Below are positions 48,409 to 58,089 of a DNA stretch of 64,000 nt, one piece after another. The notes under the pieces are model-generated. The model worked only from the letters and a program-made list of their open reading frames with translations. It did no database searches and was not told the DNA's origin. The DNA lies in NCBI GenBank assembly GCA_012839765.1, contig DUMW01000082.1:1504-65503 (forward strand), written 5' to 3'. The position numbers and the translations under genes were made by a program. This DNA is from Bacillota bacterium. GTDB taxonomy: Bacteria; Bacillota; Limnochordia; DUMW01. The number at the start of each line of letters is the position of its first letter. Within the stretch, counting starts at the first letter, position 1.

Positions 48409-50670
48409 ATGCCCGGGTATGCGCAAGTCATCGTTGATGTGCGGGTGCGCCGGGTGGACCGTTGTTTTTCCTATCGCATCCCTGAGCAGTACCGACATCA
48501 GCTGCGGCCGGGGCATCAAGTGTTGGTTCCCTTCAACAACCGGCTGGTGATTGGTTATGTGGTCGCCTTGACCGAAGAGGCCGAAGTCCCCAACGTTAAA
48601 GCCATTCACCGCATCTGCGGCAAGGACCCGGTGCTTAAACCGGAGATGCTGGCCCTGGCCCGGTGGATGGCGGAATACTACGGGTGCCTGTTTGTGGATG
48701 CCCTGCAATGCTTCATCCCGCCGGGAATGCGGCGGCTCGATCAGCCCTCGACTCCTCGTTATGTGAAGGCCTACCAACTAAACATACCCGCGGACAAGCT
48801 CCAGAAAGTGATCACCCTGCTGAAGGGGGCGCGTCAGCGGGAAGTCCTGGACCATTTTGCCAAGACATGCCTTTCGTCTTCCTGTGGAGGGACTTGTCCC
48901 TGTGAAAAGGTAACCCTAGTGGCCCTGACCCGCCAGGGTCTATCCTATAGTGCCCTCCGGGCCCTGGAGGAAAAGGGCTACCTGCGCTCCGGAGACTTGA
49001 GGGTGGACCGGGATCCCTTGACCGAGGTTCATGGACATGGGAGCAGTGTTCCCCTTCCCCTTACCCAGGATCAGGAAGAGGTCTTTTTGGAGCTTAAAAG
49101 ACAATTGGAAAGCAACCAAGGAGGAGTCTCCTTGCTCCACGGGGTTACCGGCAGCGGCAAGACGGAAGTATACTTGCAGCTCATCGCCGCGACCCGGGCC
49201 TTGGGGAAGTCCGCAATTTTGCTGGTGCCGGAGATTGCCATGACCCCTCAGATGCTGGGGCTGTTCAAGAGCCGTTTTTCCGATGATGTGGCGGTGATGC
49301 ACAGTCGACTGTCCGATGGGGAACGGTTCGATACATGGCACCGCATCGCCTCGGGGGAGGCACCCATAGTGGTGGGGGCTCGCTCCGCGATCTTCGCCCC
49401 CGTGGAAAACTTGGGTCTTATCATTTTGGATGAAGAACACGAGACCACGTACAAGCAAGCAGAGGGCCAACCTCCCTACCATACTCGGGAGGTGGCCATC
49501 AAGCGGGGCCAGTTGAATGATGCCTTGGTGCTTTTGGGCAGTGCCACCCCCTCCCTAGAATCCTATTATTTGGCCAGTGGGGGGGAATACCGATTGCTGA
49601 CCTTGCCCAGGAGGATCCACAACCGTCCCCTGCCGGAAGTGGAGATCGTGGACATGCGTAGGGAGCTGAAGGCGAAGAACCGTTCCATGTTTAGCCGTCG
49701 CCTCCAGCAGGAGCTTGCTCTGGCTCTCCAACAGAAGGAACAGGTGATCCTGTTTTTAAACCGGCGGGGCACCCTCGGCTTTGTACTCTGTCGGGAATGT
49801 GGACATGTCCTTTATTGCCAACAGTGCGCGGTGGCTTTGACCTACCATGAAGATGTGGACCGGTTATGTTGCCATTACTGTGGCCTGGAGCAAGGGTTGC
49901 CCCCCGCCTGCCCCCAGTGCGGTAGTAACAGCTTCCGGGGCTTTGGGGCCGGTACCCAAAGGGTGGAACGACAGCTGGCTGCTTTATTTCCCCAGGCCCG
50001 GATCGGCCGTCTGGACGGAGATACCACCAAACGCAAAGGCTCCTTTACGAAGATCCTAGGAGATTTCCGCAACCACCAATTGGATGTCCTCATCGGTACT
50101 CAGATGGTAGCCAAGGGCCTAGATTTTCCCCGGGTCACCCTGGTGGGGGTCATGGCCGCGGATCTCACCTTGAATATTCCCGATTACCGGGCGGCGGAGC
50201 GGACCTTTCAACTCCTCACCCAAGTGGCGGGACGGGCCGGGCGCGGTGATCGGCCGGGCCGGGTGATCGTCCAGACCTATAACCCCGAGCACTATAGTAT
50301 CCAAGCAGCCCAACACCACGATTATGAAAGCTTTTACCACAGGGAGATCGCCTTCAGACGCAAGGTGTCCTATCCGCCCATTGTAAATCTGGTGCGGATG
50401 GTCTTTTCCGGGGAGGAGGAGGAGCGGGTGGTGGAGGGAGCCAAGCAGCACTTTGGCACTATCCAGCGCAGTCTTGGTGATCCTGAGGTCGCGGTACTAG
50501 GTCCCGTACCCTGTCCTTTGAGCCGGTTGCAGGGAAGGTATCGCTGGCAGATTATCCTGAAAGGGCGCGACCTTGCCACTTTGCGAAAGGCGGCGAATAT
50601 TGATAGAATAAAAGAGGTGGCACCGGATGTGGCTGTTTTTGTGGATATCAATCCGGTGTCCATGTATTGA
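48409..50670 (+). CDS. priA: Primosomal protein N' (replication restart helicase)
   Basis: It has a DEXH helicase (GVTGSGKTEVY, DEEHE) and a Cys-rich Zn-binding region (CRECGHVLYCQQC...CHYCG...CPQCGS). Confidence 0.9.
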   Translation: MPGYAQVIVDVRVRRVDRCFSYRIPEQYRHQLRPGHQVLVPFNNRLVIGYVVALTEEAEVPNVKAIHRICGKDPVLKPEMLALARWMAEYYGCLFVDALQCFIPPGMRRLDQPSTPRYVKAYQLNIPADKLQKVITLLKGARQREVLDHFAKTCLSSSCGGTCPCEKVTLVALTRQGLSYSALRALEEKGYLRSGDLRVDRDPLTEVHGHGSSVPLPLTQDQEEVFLELKRQLESNQGGVSLLHGVTGSGKTEVYLQLIAATRALGKSAILLVPEIAMTPQMLGLFKSRFSDDVAVMHSRLSDGERFDTWHRIASGEAPIVVGARSAIFAPVENLGLIILDEEHETTYKQAEGQPPYHTREVAIKRGQLNDALVLLGSATPSLESYYLASGGEYRLLTLPRRIHNRPLPEVEIVDMRRELKAKNRSMFSRRLQQELALALQQKEQVILFLNRRGTLGFVLCRECGHVLYCQQCAVALTYHEDVDRLCCHYCGLEQGLPPACPQCGSNSFRGFGAGTQRVERQLAALFPQARIGRLDGDTTKRKGSFTKILGDFRNHQLDVLIGTQMVAKGLDFPRVTLVGVMAADLTLNIPDYRAAERTFQLLTQVAGRAGRGDRPGRVIVQTYNPEHYSIQAAQHHDYESFYHREIAFRRKVSYPPIVNLVRMVFSGEEEERVVEGAKQHFGTIQRSLGDPEVAVLGPVPCPLSRLQGRYRWQIILKGRDLATLRKAANIDRIKEVAPDVAVFVDINPVSMY

Positions 50671-50706
50671 GATAAAAGGGGGCGTGGGCAGCATTGCCCA
50701 ATTAAG

Positions 50707-51165
50707 ATGGCACGAAGAGAGATTATCAAGGAGGGCGATCCAGTCCTTCGACAGGTTGCCCAACCGGTGGAACGGGTAACCAAGAAGTTAACGGCTTTGA
50801 TCAACGACATGGCGGAGACCATGTATGCCGCAGACGGGGTGGGCCTGGCGGCTCCCCAGATCGGCGAGCCCATCCGGGTGATTGTGGCCGACGCCGGTGA
50901 CGGACTGATTGCACTGGTTAATCCTGTTATTACCAAGACCGATGGGGAAGACATCGAGGTGGAAGGTTGTCTGAGCATTCCCGGAGTAACGGGCTACGTG
51001 AAACGCTATGCCCAAGTACAGGTGCAAGGGTTGAACGAGAAGGGCAAGCCCGTGAAAATCCAGGCCGATGGCCTGCTAGCCAGGATTCTACAGCACGAGA
51101 TCGATCATCTGGACGGGATCCTGTTCATCGACAAGGCCACGAGCGTGGCGGAAGACACGGAGTAG
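50707..51165 (+). CDS. def: Peptide deformylase
   Basis: It has GVGLAAPQIG, EGCLS and HEIDHL motifs. Confidence 0.9.
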   Translation: MARREIIKEGDPVLRQVAQPVERVTKKLTALINDMAETMYAADGVGLAAPQIGEPIRVIVADAGDGLIALVNPVITKTDGEDIEVEGCLSIPGVTGYVKRYAQVQVQGLNEKGKPVKIQADGLLARILQHEIDHLDGILFIDKATSVAEDTE

Positions 51166-51179
51166 GAAGGAGCCTGACT

Positions 51180-52115
51180 GTGCGGATCGTATTCATGGGT
51201 ACACCGGAGTTTGCCGTTCCCACCTTACGGGCCCTAGCGGAGCGGCACCAGGTGGTGTTGGTGGTAACCCAGCCGGATCGACCCCGGGACCGGGGGCAAA
51301 GGGTGAAGCCTTCGCCGGTGAAGGAGGTTGCCCAGGAACTTGACATTCCTGTGGCCCAGCCGGAGCGGGTGGCCACACCAGAATTCGTGGATCAGCTAAA
51401 GGCCCTGGATCCCGATGCTATCGTGGTGGTGGCCTTTGGCCAGAAGATCCCCGATGAGATTTTGCAGCTGGGTCGCTATGGATGTATCAATGTCCATGGG
51501 TCGCTGTTGCCGAAGTATCGGGGGGCGGCTCCCATCCAATGGGCCATCCTGGAAGGAGAGAAGACCACCGGAGTGACCATTATGCAGATGGATTCCGGAT
51601 GGGACACGGGCGATGTGCTTTACCAGCGGGAGGTGTTCCTTGCCAAGGACGAGACCGGTGGTTCCCTCCATGACAAACTGGCCCAGTTGGGGGCGGAGGC
51701 ACTGCTTGAAGCCTTGGATGCTTTGGTCCAGGGGCAAATCACTCCACAACCCCAGGATGATTCCCAGGCCACCTTGGCCCCAAAGCTGACGAAAGAGTTG
51801 GGACGAATCCAATGGGAGAAGCCGGCCGAAAACCTTGAACGCCTGGTCCGTGCTATGAACCCCTGGCCCCTGGCCTACTGTACCCACCGGGGGATGTCCC
51901 TGCGGGTATGGAGAGCGGTGGCCGAAGCGGCCGAACACGAAGCTCTGCCCGGTACTGTCCTCAGGGTGGATCCGGAACGGGGGATCGGAGTGGCCTGTGG
52001 CGAAGGGATTCTGTATTTGACCGCGGTGCAAGCCCCGGCCCGTAAGATCCTTACCGCCAGGGATTATATCAACGGTTACGGGATTACCCCGGGGGAGGTT
52101 CTGGGTGATGGATAG
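51180..52115 (+). CDS. fmt: Methionyl-tRNA formyltransferase
   Basis: It has (M)RIVFMGTPEFAVP. The RBS GGAAGGAG precedes a GTG at 51180. The long ORF-track N-terminus from 50967 is an artefact. Confidence 0.9.
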   Translation: MRIVFMGTPEFAVPTLRALAERHQVVLVVTQPDRPRDRGQRVKPSPVKEVAQELDIPVAQPERVATPEFVDQLKALDPDAIVVVAFGQKIPDEILQLGRYGCINVHGSLLPKYRGAAPIQWAILEGEKTTGVTIMQMDSGWDTGDVLYQREVFLAKDETGGSLHDKLAQLGAEALLEALDALVQGQITPQPQDDSQATLAPKLTKELGRIQWEKPAENLERLVRAMNPWPLAYCTHRGMSLRVWRAVAEAAEHEALPGTVLRVDPERGIGVACGEGILYLTAVQAPARKILTARDYINGYGITPGEVLGDG

Positions 52116-52875
52116 AGTCCGGGTACATGAGGGGAATACCCGGTTAATCGTCGGATTACTGGCTGCCGCCTTCGGGCTAATTGTGCTCTTGGCAGGATTG
52201 GTCCTTTACTTGCCCAGGCTGGGAGAACAAGTGGCAGTGGTGTTTTCTGCTCTTAAGGTGGCCTTGGGCCTTTTGTTGGTGTTGTTGTTTGTAGGAATTG
52301 TGGCTTTGGTGTGGGTGCTGAGCAGGCGTTGCCATGTGGCGATTTTGCAGCCTGCGATCCACTGGACACTGCGCATATTGTTACCGGTTTCTCTCTTCCT
52401 CGGCAAGATTCTACGGGTCCCCAAGGATCTATTGCGGGGCTCCTACATTGCGGTGCACAATCGCCTGATCCATCTGCGCAAACCGGAGAAAGTGAAGTCC
52501 GATCGCCTGTTGGTGCTGGTGCCCGCCTGTTTGCAGCGGGCCAACTGCCTCAGGAAGGTGACGGGTTCTGTAGACAATTGTCACCGCTGCGGGCAGTGTC
52601 CTTTAGGTGCTTTGCTGGCGTTACGGGATCGGTTGGGGTTCAGTTTAGTGGTTTGCGCGGGGGGTACCCAGGCACGGCGGGCCGTTGTGGAGACCAACCC
52701 CCAAGCGGTTGTGGCTGTGGCCTGCGAACGGGACCTGCTTAGCGGCATCATCGATGTGGGTACCCGGCTAAATGTCCTTGGGGTGATCAACCAGAGACCC
52801 AAAGGACCCTGTTTCGAAACCGAAGTGGATTTGGGTCAATTGGAAGAAGCTGTCCTCAGTTTAATCGCGATGTGA
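52105..52875 (+). CDS. DUF116 family membrane protein
   Basis: It has N-terminal TM helices and a conserved Cys motif CLQRANCLRK...CHRCGQC. Its position after fmt matches the Clostridia arrangement. Confidence 0.7.
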   Translation: MMDRVRVHEGNTRLIVGLLAAAFGLIVLLAGLVLYLPRLGEQVAVVFSALKVALGLLLVLLFVGIVALVWVLSRRCHVAILQPAIHWTLRILLPVSLFLGKILRVPKDLLRGSYIAVHNRLIHLRKPEKVKSDRLLVLVPACLQRANCLRKVTGSVDNCHRCGQCPLGALLALRDRLGFSLVVCAGGTQARRAVVETNPQAVVAVACERDLLSGIIDVGTRLNVLGVINQRPKGPCFETEVDLGQLEEAVLSLIAM

Positions 52876-52908
52876 GAAGCCAACACTAGCGTAAAGGAGG
52901 TTAACGGT

Positions 52909-53607
52909 ATGTATCTTCTGCAATACTACTCCACATGGATCATCCTGTTACCGGTTCTTGTCTTTGCCATGTACGCGCAGATGAAGGTGCAAAACACCTT
53001 TAGGAAATATCTCCGTCACCCGGCCTATAGCGGGAAGACCGGGGCCCAGGTGGCTCGGGAGCTTTTGGATCGAAACAACTTGTATGATGTGCAAGTGGTG
53101 CGTACGAACAGGATGTTGGGGGATCACTATGATCCTCGGGCCCGGGTAATTCGCCTTTCGCCGGAAGTCTACGATGGACGGTCCGTGGCGGCTTTGGGCG
53201 TGGCGGCCCATGAAACGGGCCATGCCCTGCAGCATGCGAGGAACTACCTGCCCTTGGCCTTGCGAAATAGCATTTTCCCCTTGGCCGCATTCGGTTCCCA
53301 GATGGCTTTGCCCTTGGTTTTCATGGGACTGTTCTTCCAAGGAGCGGGTTTAGGTTGGCTAATGGATCTGGGGATTCTCTTCTTCCTGACGGCCATCCTG
53401 TTTCAGGTGATCACCCTGCCGGTGGAGTTTAACGCTAGTCGGCGGGCCATGGGTATGTTGACCACTGGCGGATATATCGTCCAAGGAGAAGTGGGCCAGA
53501 CCCGGGAGATCTTAAGTGCTGCGGCCTTAACCTATGTGGCGGCGGTGGCGGTGGCCGTAGGGGAATTGCTGCGTCTGCTCATCCTTCGCAATTCACGCCG
53601 GGACTAA
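52909..53607 (+). CDS. Membrane zinc metallopeptidase (YugP-like / Zn_peptidase_2)
   Basis: It has AAHETGHALQH (HExxH) flanked by TM segments. Confidence 0.75.
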   Translation: MYLLQYYSTWIILLPVLVFAMYAQMKVQNTFRKYLRHPAYSGKTGAQVARELLDRNNLYDVQVVRTNRMLGDHYDPRARVIRLSPEVYDGRSVAALGVAAHETGHALQHARNYLPLALRNSIFPLAAFGSQMALPLVFMGLFFQGAGLGWLMDLGILFFLTAILFQVITLPVEFNASRRAMGMLTTGGYIVQGEVGQTREILSAAALTYVAAVAVAVGELLRLLILRNSRRD

Positions 53608-53628
53608 GAATCAATCTGTACCATCCAA

Positions 53629-53660
53629 AGGACCTGGTCTTCTTCGACTGGGTCCTTTTT
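53629..53660 (+). terminator. Intrinsic terminator after the Zn-peptidase gene
   Basis: A stem (aggacc / ggtcct) with a 15-nt loop is followed by ttttt. Confidence 0.6.
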
Positions 53661-54457
53661 GCATGAATGCAATCGGCTTGGTATCTGCTGGTGTAACGGG
53701 GCAGAGATTGTCCGTAGAGATTGGATGCTGTGATAGTGCCATCCTGCGGGCCGAATGATATGGGGGATGAGTCTATGAGACTAGGGCAACACCGGCGAGG
53801 GTAGTGGGGAGATCCCCTATGGGCTATAGGTTGATCGGGTGGGGCCATTTTCCGAGGTTTTTCGCTGAGAACCATAGAAAGTCCGGACTTTCGTGGTCGT
53901 TATTGCTTCGCACTTCGTTTCACAGCTCCTTTCTGGTAACAGTCAACTATTTGGAGCGGAAAAGCAGGAATTAACGATCGGTTTACAGAATATGTACCGC
54001 AGCGCGAAAATTTGGGAGCGGAGTTGTCGACAAACCCAAGCAAGGGGCCATGGATGGGCCTGGTGCAGCAACGATGGAAGCTTCAGATACGTTGTTCAGG
54101 TGCCAACAGGGAGTTTGTGATTGCCGTCTGCGGGGTAGAGTGGGTGCAAGGATAAGCTGCCGGCCAGAGGGGAAGAACCGTAGGGCCCGGAACGGTCTAG
54201 CGGAGCGGAAGGGTTAGTGAAGAGCGTAGCAGAGTGGACCGTCTATGGGTGTTCTGGAATTCCCGTATCTTGGGGTCCAGTGGTTTACGGTTTGAATTAC
54301 CCTGCCAGGCATGCGCGGGAGATCTTTGTGTCCTGCCGGTATTAGTCGACCACTGCCCTAGCAGACTACAACGATAAATGCCGCCGCCCTAGCTCCCTAT
54401 ACGATGATCTTGTGCAATGTACGCACGAAGAAGTAACAGGAAGGGTGGAGAACTTTA

Positions 54458-55252
54458 TTGTTGAGAGTACTGATTGTCGATAATAACGTAGAACTGTGTC
54501 AACAGTTGGAGCAGTTCTTTTCACAGTCGCCGGATATAGAACCCTGTGGAGTTGCCCACGATGGGGAGGCAGCCCTCGAGCTGATTCAAGAATTGAGCCC
54601 CGATGTGGTGCTGTTGGACCTGACGATGCCAAAACTAGATGGGATCGGTGTCATGGAGCGCATGCACACCTTGGACCTGGAAAAGTATCCCGTTGTTATC
54701 GTACTTACGGCCTTTGCGCGGGACGAGATGGTGGAGCGCATGACGGAACTAGGGGCCAAGTACTTCATCGTGAAGCCGATCAACCTCAACATCCTGGTGG
54801 AACGGATTCGTCAGTTCGGGGCCGCAACCACCGCTGCGCCCCCGCAAGACGCCAGTGTGACCAGTCGTCGGTCGTCGGAAAACGGTTCCCTGCCCGGAGG
54901 TTCCCTGCGACGCGCGGAAGCGATGTTGATGGACTTGCTGCATCAGATCGGTCTGCCGTCCCATTTCAAGGGGCACGTGTATCTAAAGGAAGCAGTGCTG
55001 ATGGTTATGGAAAACCCCACGCTCCTCGGGGGATTGACGAAGCAGGTTTACCCTGTGATCGCTGAGCGGCACCATTCGACGCCTTCGGGAGTTGAATCGG
55101 CGATCCGAAACGCTTTGGTCACCACTTGGCACAGGGGTAACCGGGAATTCCTTATTACCCTATTGGGATCACACTTAAACGGGGAAACGCCCATGCCCAC
55201 CAATTCCGTCTTGATCGCCAAGCTTGCGGACCGGTTGCGGGTGGCTAGGTAG
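54458..55252 (+). CDS. spo0A: Sporulation master regulator Spo0A (response regulator with Spo0A_C DNA-binding domain)
   Basis: It has a receiver domain (DVVLLDLTMPKLDGIGVMERM; VIVLTAFARDEMVERMTELGAKYFIVKP). It also has a Spo0A-specific C-terminus (IGLPSHFKGHVYLKEAV...SGVESAIRNALVTTWHRGN), collinear with B. subtilis Spo0A. Confidence 0.9.
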   Translation: MLRVLIVDNNVELCQQLEQFFSQSPDIEPCGVAHDGEAALELIQELSPDVVLLDLTMPKLDGIGVMERMHTLDLEKYPVVIVLTAFARDEMVERMTELGAKYFIVKPINLNILVERIRQFGAATTAAPPQDASVTSRRSSENGSLPGGSLRRAEAMLMDLLHQIGLPSHFKGHVYLKEAVLMVMENPTLLGGLTKQVYPVIAERHHSTPSGVESAIRNALVTTWHRGNREFLITLLGSHLNGETPMPTNSVLIAKLADRLRVAR

Positions 55253-56753
55253 CGGATGTCCCGCTGTTTAGACCCAGTTTGGGCAGAAGAAACACTAAGA
55301 ACAAAAAGACCAGGAGTACCTGGGGGATCAGATAGGATAGGCTCCAACCGTAGGCCCGCAGGGCAACGGTGGGGCCATATTCCAGAAATAGGCCGAGATC
55401 ATTCAACCCAGCGGTGAGGGTGAGCTTGTCCGAGGTGAGGATCACCGATTGCTCAAAGGAAAAATGAGAAAAGCTTTGAGCCAGGGAGATCAAGAGCACC
55501 AGGAGGACCGAGACACCCCAATTGCTGGGTTGTCTATTGCCTAGACACAGGCGGAAGATGAAGATACTCAATGGTGAAACCCCAAGACATAGGGCGATCG
55601 CCCAGCGATTGTTAAATAGCCCCAGGTTGAAGAGCATGATCCGCAAGAAGGGTGTCAATATAAAGGGGAACAAGAAAAGCGGTGCCGTAAGAAAAAGGGC
55701 TGCCAATCTGCTTCCCACGGGTCTTAACACGTTCAGGGCATAGGCTGCGAGGGCTCCCAGGAACAACTGTAAGGCGATCACCACCACGGCTACGGCAAAC
55801 CCGTTGGCGGTCCACTTCTGGAAGGGTACCGCGATGGAGGAAAGCCCCGTGGAGAACTGATGGGAAATCAGTAACGCCAGGGTGGGTACCAGCAAGAGTA
55901 CCATTAGGGCTGTGGGCAGGTAGCGCAACCAGGAACCCTGCTTTTGGCCCGTCCAGTTTGTTCCCGCACTGGTGGTGATCACGGGCTGACGCTGGTCCAT
56001 AATCCACCAGGTGAGAAGGCCTAGGATGAGCAAGGGAATGGCTAAGAAGACCGCGGCGGCAGCCGCCAGTTCCTGGGCGGCGACGCCTCCCTGTAGACCG
56101 GTATTGATGAAGCCTGCCATTGTCCGGTCCGATAACAGGTTGAATGTAACTAGGCCACCGGCGAAAAAGAAAATGAGCCCCAGGATAAAGCCCGTGGATT
56201 TGCTCTCGTACTTTAGATTGCCCCGTTCCGTGAGGCTTGCAATGATGTACCCGCACAGAATGGCCCAGGGAAGAAGCACCAACCCCTCCATGAGGATCCC
56301 TTTGAGGAGGGCTGTGGTGCTGGATCCGAAAAGTCCCAGATTAATATTCTTGTCCAACAGTAATATGTATGCCCCCTGGAAAGTACCATAAAACAGGCCG
56401 GTGGAGCCTAACAAGCAACAGGAACTCAAAGACAGTTTATATAGATTGGAATGATAGGCCCTTGCCCCTTGCTGGCCTAGCCAGAGGCCCAGGGCGGCAA
56501 CAAGCAGTTTTCCCACAGCAATGGCGAGGGTAACCTTGATGGAGCTGCGAAAGGCGGCGTCAGCCAGTAAAGTTTGAAAATTGGTGAATCCTACGTATGT
56601 ACTGGTAGCTTGGGAAAGGTCGATGGCGTGCAGGCTCATCCGGACCAAACCGACGAAGGGTAACCAGATGAAAAAGCCAACGGCCAGACATGCCGGCAAG
56701 AGGAGTAACCAACCGAGGATTGTGTTGACCAGCGATGAGCTTTTGTAACGCAC
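55245..56753 (-). CDS. Polytopic integral membrane protein (>=10 TM helices), function unknown
   Basis: I reassigned the start to GTG 56753 (RBS GGAGGG 7 nt upstream), because the ORF-track start at 56855 overlaps tRNA-Pro. Confidence 0.6.
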   Translation of the reverse strand: MRYKSSSLVNTILGWLLLLPACLAVGFFIWLPFVGLVRMSLHAIDLSQATSTYVGFTNFQTLLADAAFRSSIKVTLAIAVGKLLVAALGLWLGQQGARAYHSNLYKLSLSSCCLLGSTGLFYGTFQGAYILLLDKNINLGLFGSSTTALLKGILMEGLVLLPWAILCGYIIASLTERGNLKYESKSTGFILGLIFFFAGGLVTFNLLSDRTMAGFINTGLQGGVAAQELAAAAAVFLAIPLLILGLLTWWIMDQRQPVITTSAGTNWTGQKQGSWLRYLPTALMVLLLVPTLALLISHQFSTGLSSIAVPFQKWTANGFAVAVVVIALQLFLGALAAYALNVLRPVGSRLAALFLTAPLFLFPFILTPFLRIMLFNLGLFNNRWAIALCLGVSPLSIFIFRLCLGNRQPSNWGVSVLLVLLISLAQSFSHFSFEQSVILTSDKLTLTAGLNDLGLFLEYGPTVALRAYGWSLSYLIPQVLLVFLFLVFLLPKLGLNSGTSAT

Positions 56754-56822
56754 GCGGGTACCCTCCCTGAAAGAAAGAAAGCACCGGAAAAATCGGTGCT
56801 GCCGTAGGAAAACAAAAAATGG

Positions 56823-56896
56823 TCGGGGTGGCGAGATTTGAACTCGCGGCCTCATCGTCCCGAACGATGCGCGCTACCAAGCTGCGCTACACCCCG
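56823..56896 (-). tRNA. tRNA-Pro (anticodon CGG)
   Basis: The reverse complement folds as a cloverleaf. It has acceptor CGGGGTG/CACCCCG, D-stem GCGC/GCGC, anticodon stem CATCG/CGATG with loop TTCGGGA, T-arm GCGAG-TTCAAAT-CTCGC, discriminator A, and an encoded CCA at 56820-56822. Confidence 0.85.
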
Positions 56897-57025
56897 GCGC
56901 TCGTTTCAAAAACATATCACAGGCATTATACTTTATGGTAGAATAGATGTCAATAGATCTAACAGGAGTTTCCAGGTTGGTATACCCTGGTAATTTCGTG
57001 AGATAATATTAACGGTGCAGAGAGG

Positions 57026-58084
57026 GTGCAACCTTTGAGCGACTTAACTGATCCGATATCATTAAAAGACTTGTCTCCACGGGAGTTAACCGACTTGCTG
57101 GCTAGCTGGGGATACCCGGCTTATCGGGTCCGGCAGCTGATGCGGTGGATTTATCAGGAAAGGGAGACGGATTTTGAACAGATGACGGATCTGCCTTTGG
57201 AACTGAGGCACCAACTGAAGAAGGTCGCGGATTTGAAACCGTTGCGGATCCGACAGAAGCGGAAGTCCAAAGATGGAACGCTGAAATTTCTCTTGGAAGC
57301 TACTGACGGAGCGAGGATTGAGACTGTGCTCATCCCCGCTGAGGAAGAACAGCGGGCCACAGTCTGTATCTCTACCCAGGTCGGATGCGCCATGGGCTGT
57401 GCCATTTGTGCCACGGGTAAGATGGGCTTTTCTCGAAACTTGACCTGTGGGGAGATCATCGAACAGCTCCTGATGGCGGAGCGATACGCCAAGGGACCGG
57501 TAACCAACGTGGTCTTCATGGGAATGGGCGAGCCCCTGGCCAATTACGAGACGGTGTTGGATGCAATCTATGCCATGACCGATCCGGATCGGCTAGCCAT
57601 GGGGAGTCGGCGGATTACGGTTTCCACTTGTGGTTTGGTGCCCCAAATCCGACGGTTGGCCGATGAAGGATTGCAGATCGGCTTGGCCATCTCTTTGCAT
57701 GCTCCTGAGGATGAATTACGAAACCGGTTGGTTCCCATTAACCGGAAGTATCCCTTGGATCAACTGGTTAAGGCTGCGGCTTACTATGCCGACAAGACAA
57801 AACGCCGGGTGACCTTCGAGTATGCCCTCATCGAGGGTGTTAATGATCAACGTCACCATGCTACGAGACTGGTGCAGCTGGTGCGGGGCCTTTTGTGCCA
57901 TGTGAATTTGATTCCCGTAAATCCCGTCGATGGTTTCTGCCGTCCCTCGGATGCAGTGGTAACCGCCTTCCAAGAGGTGGTCAGGCGGTCCGGGATCCCC
58001 GTGACCGTGCGTAGGGAACGGGGGGGCGACATCCTGGCGGCTTGTGGACAGCTAGCCACGAGCATCGGTAGAACAGAAAGGTGA
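57026..58084 (+). CDS. rlmN: 23S rRNA (adenine2503-C2)-methyltransferase, radical SAM
   Basis: It has the CxxxCxxC cluster GCAMGCAICATG and a C-terminal conserved Cys. The start may be GTG 57026 or TTG 57035. Confidence 0.9.
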   Translation: MQPLSDLTDPISLKDLSPRELTDLLASWGYPAYRVRQLMRWIYQERETDFEQMTDLPLELRHQLKKVADLKPLRIRQKRKSKDGTLKFLLEATDGARIETVLIPAEEEQRATVCISTQVGCAMGCAICATGKMGFSRNLTCGEIIEQLLMAERYAKGPVTNVVFMGMGEPLANYETVLDAIYAMTDPDRLAMGSRRITVSTCGLVPQIRRLADEGLQIGLAISLHAPEDELRNRLVPINRKYPLDQLVKAAAYYADKTKRRVTFEYALIEGVNDQRHHATRLVQLVRGLLCHVNLIPVNPVDGFCRPSDAVVTAFQEVVRRSGIPVTVRRERGGDILAACGQLATSIGRTER

Positions 58085-58089
58085 GAGGA

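Noticed and set aside
50967-51179. The fmt ORF has a long N-terminal extension (382 aa).
   Set aside because: The extension overlaps def in another frame. GTG 51180 with RBS GGAAGGAG gives the canonical MRIVFMGTPEF start.
53893-54120. A 75-aa ORF lies in the spo0A upstream non-coding region.
   Set aside because: It has no RBS and no recognisable domain. The region is more plausibly regulatory.
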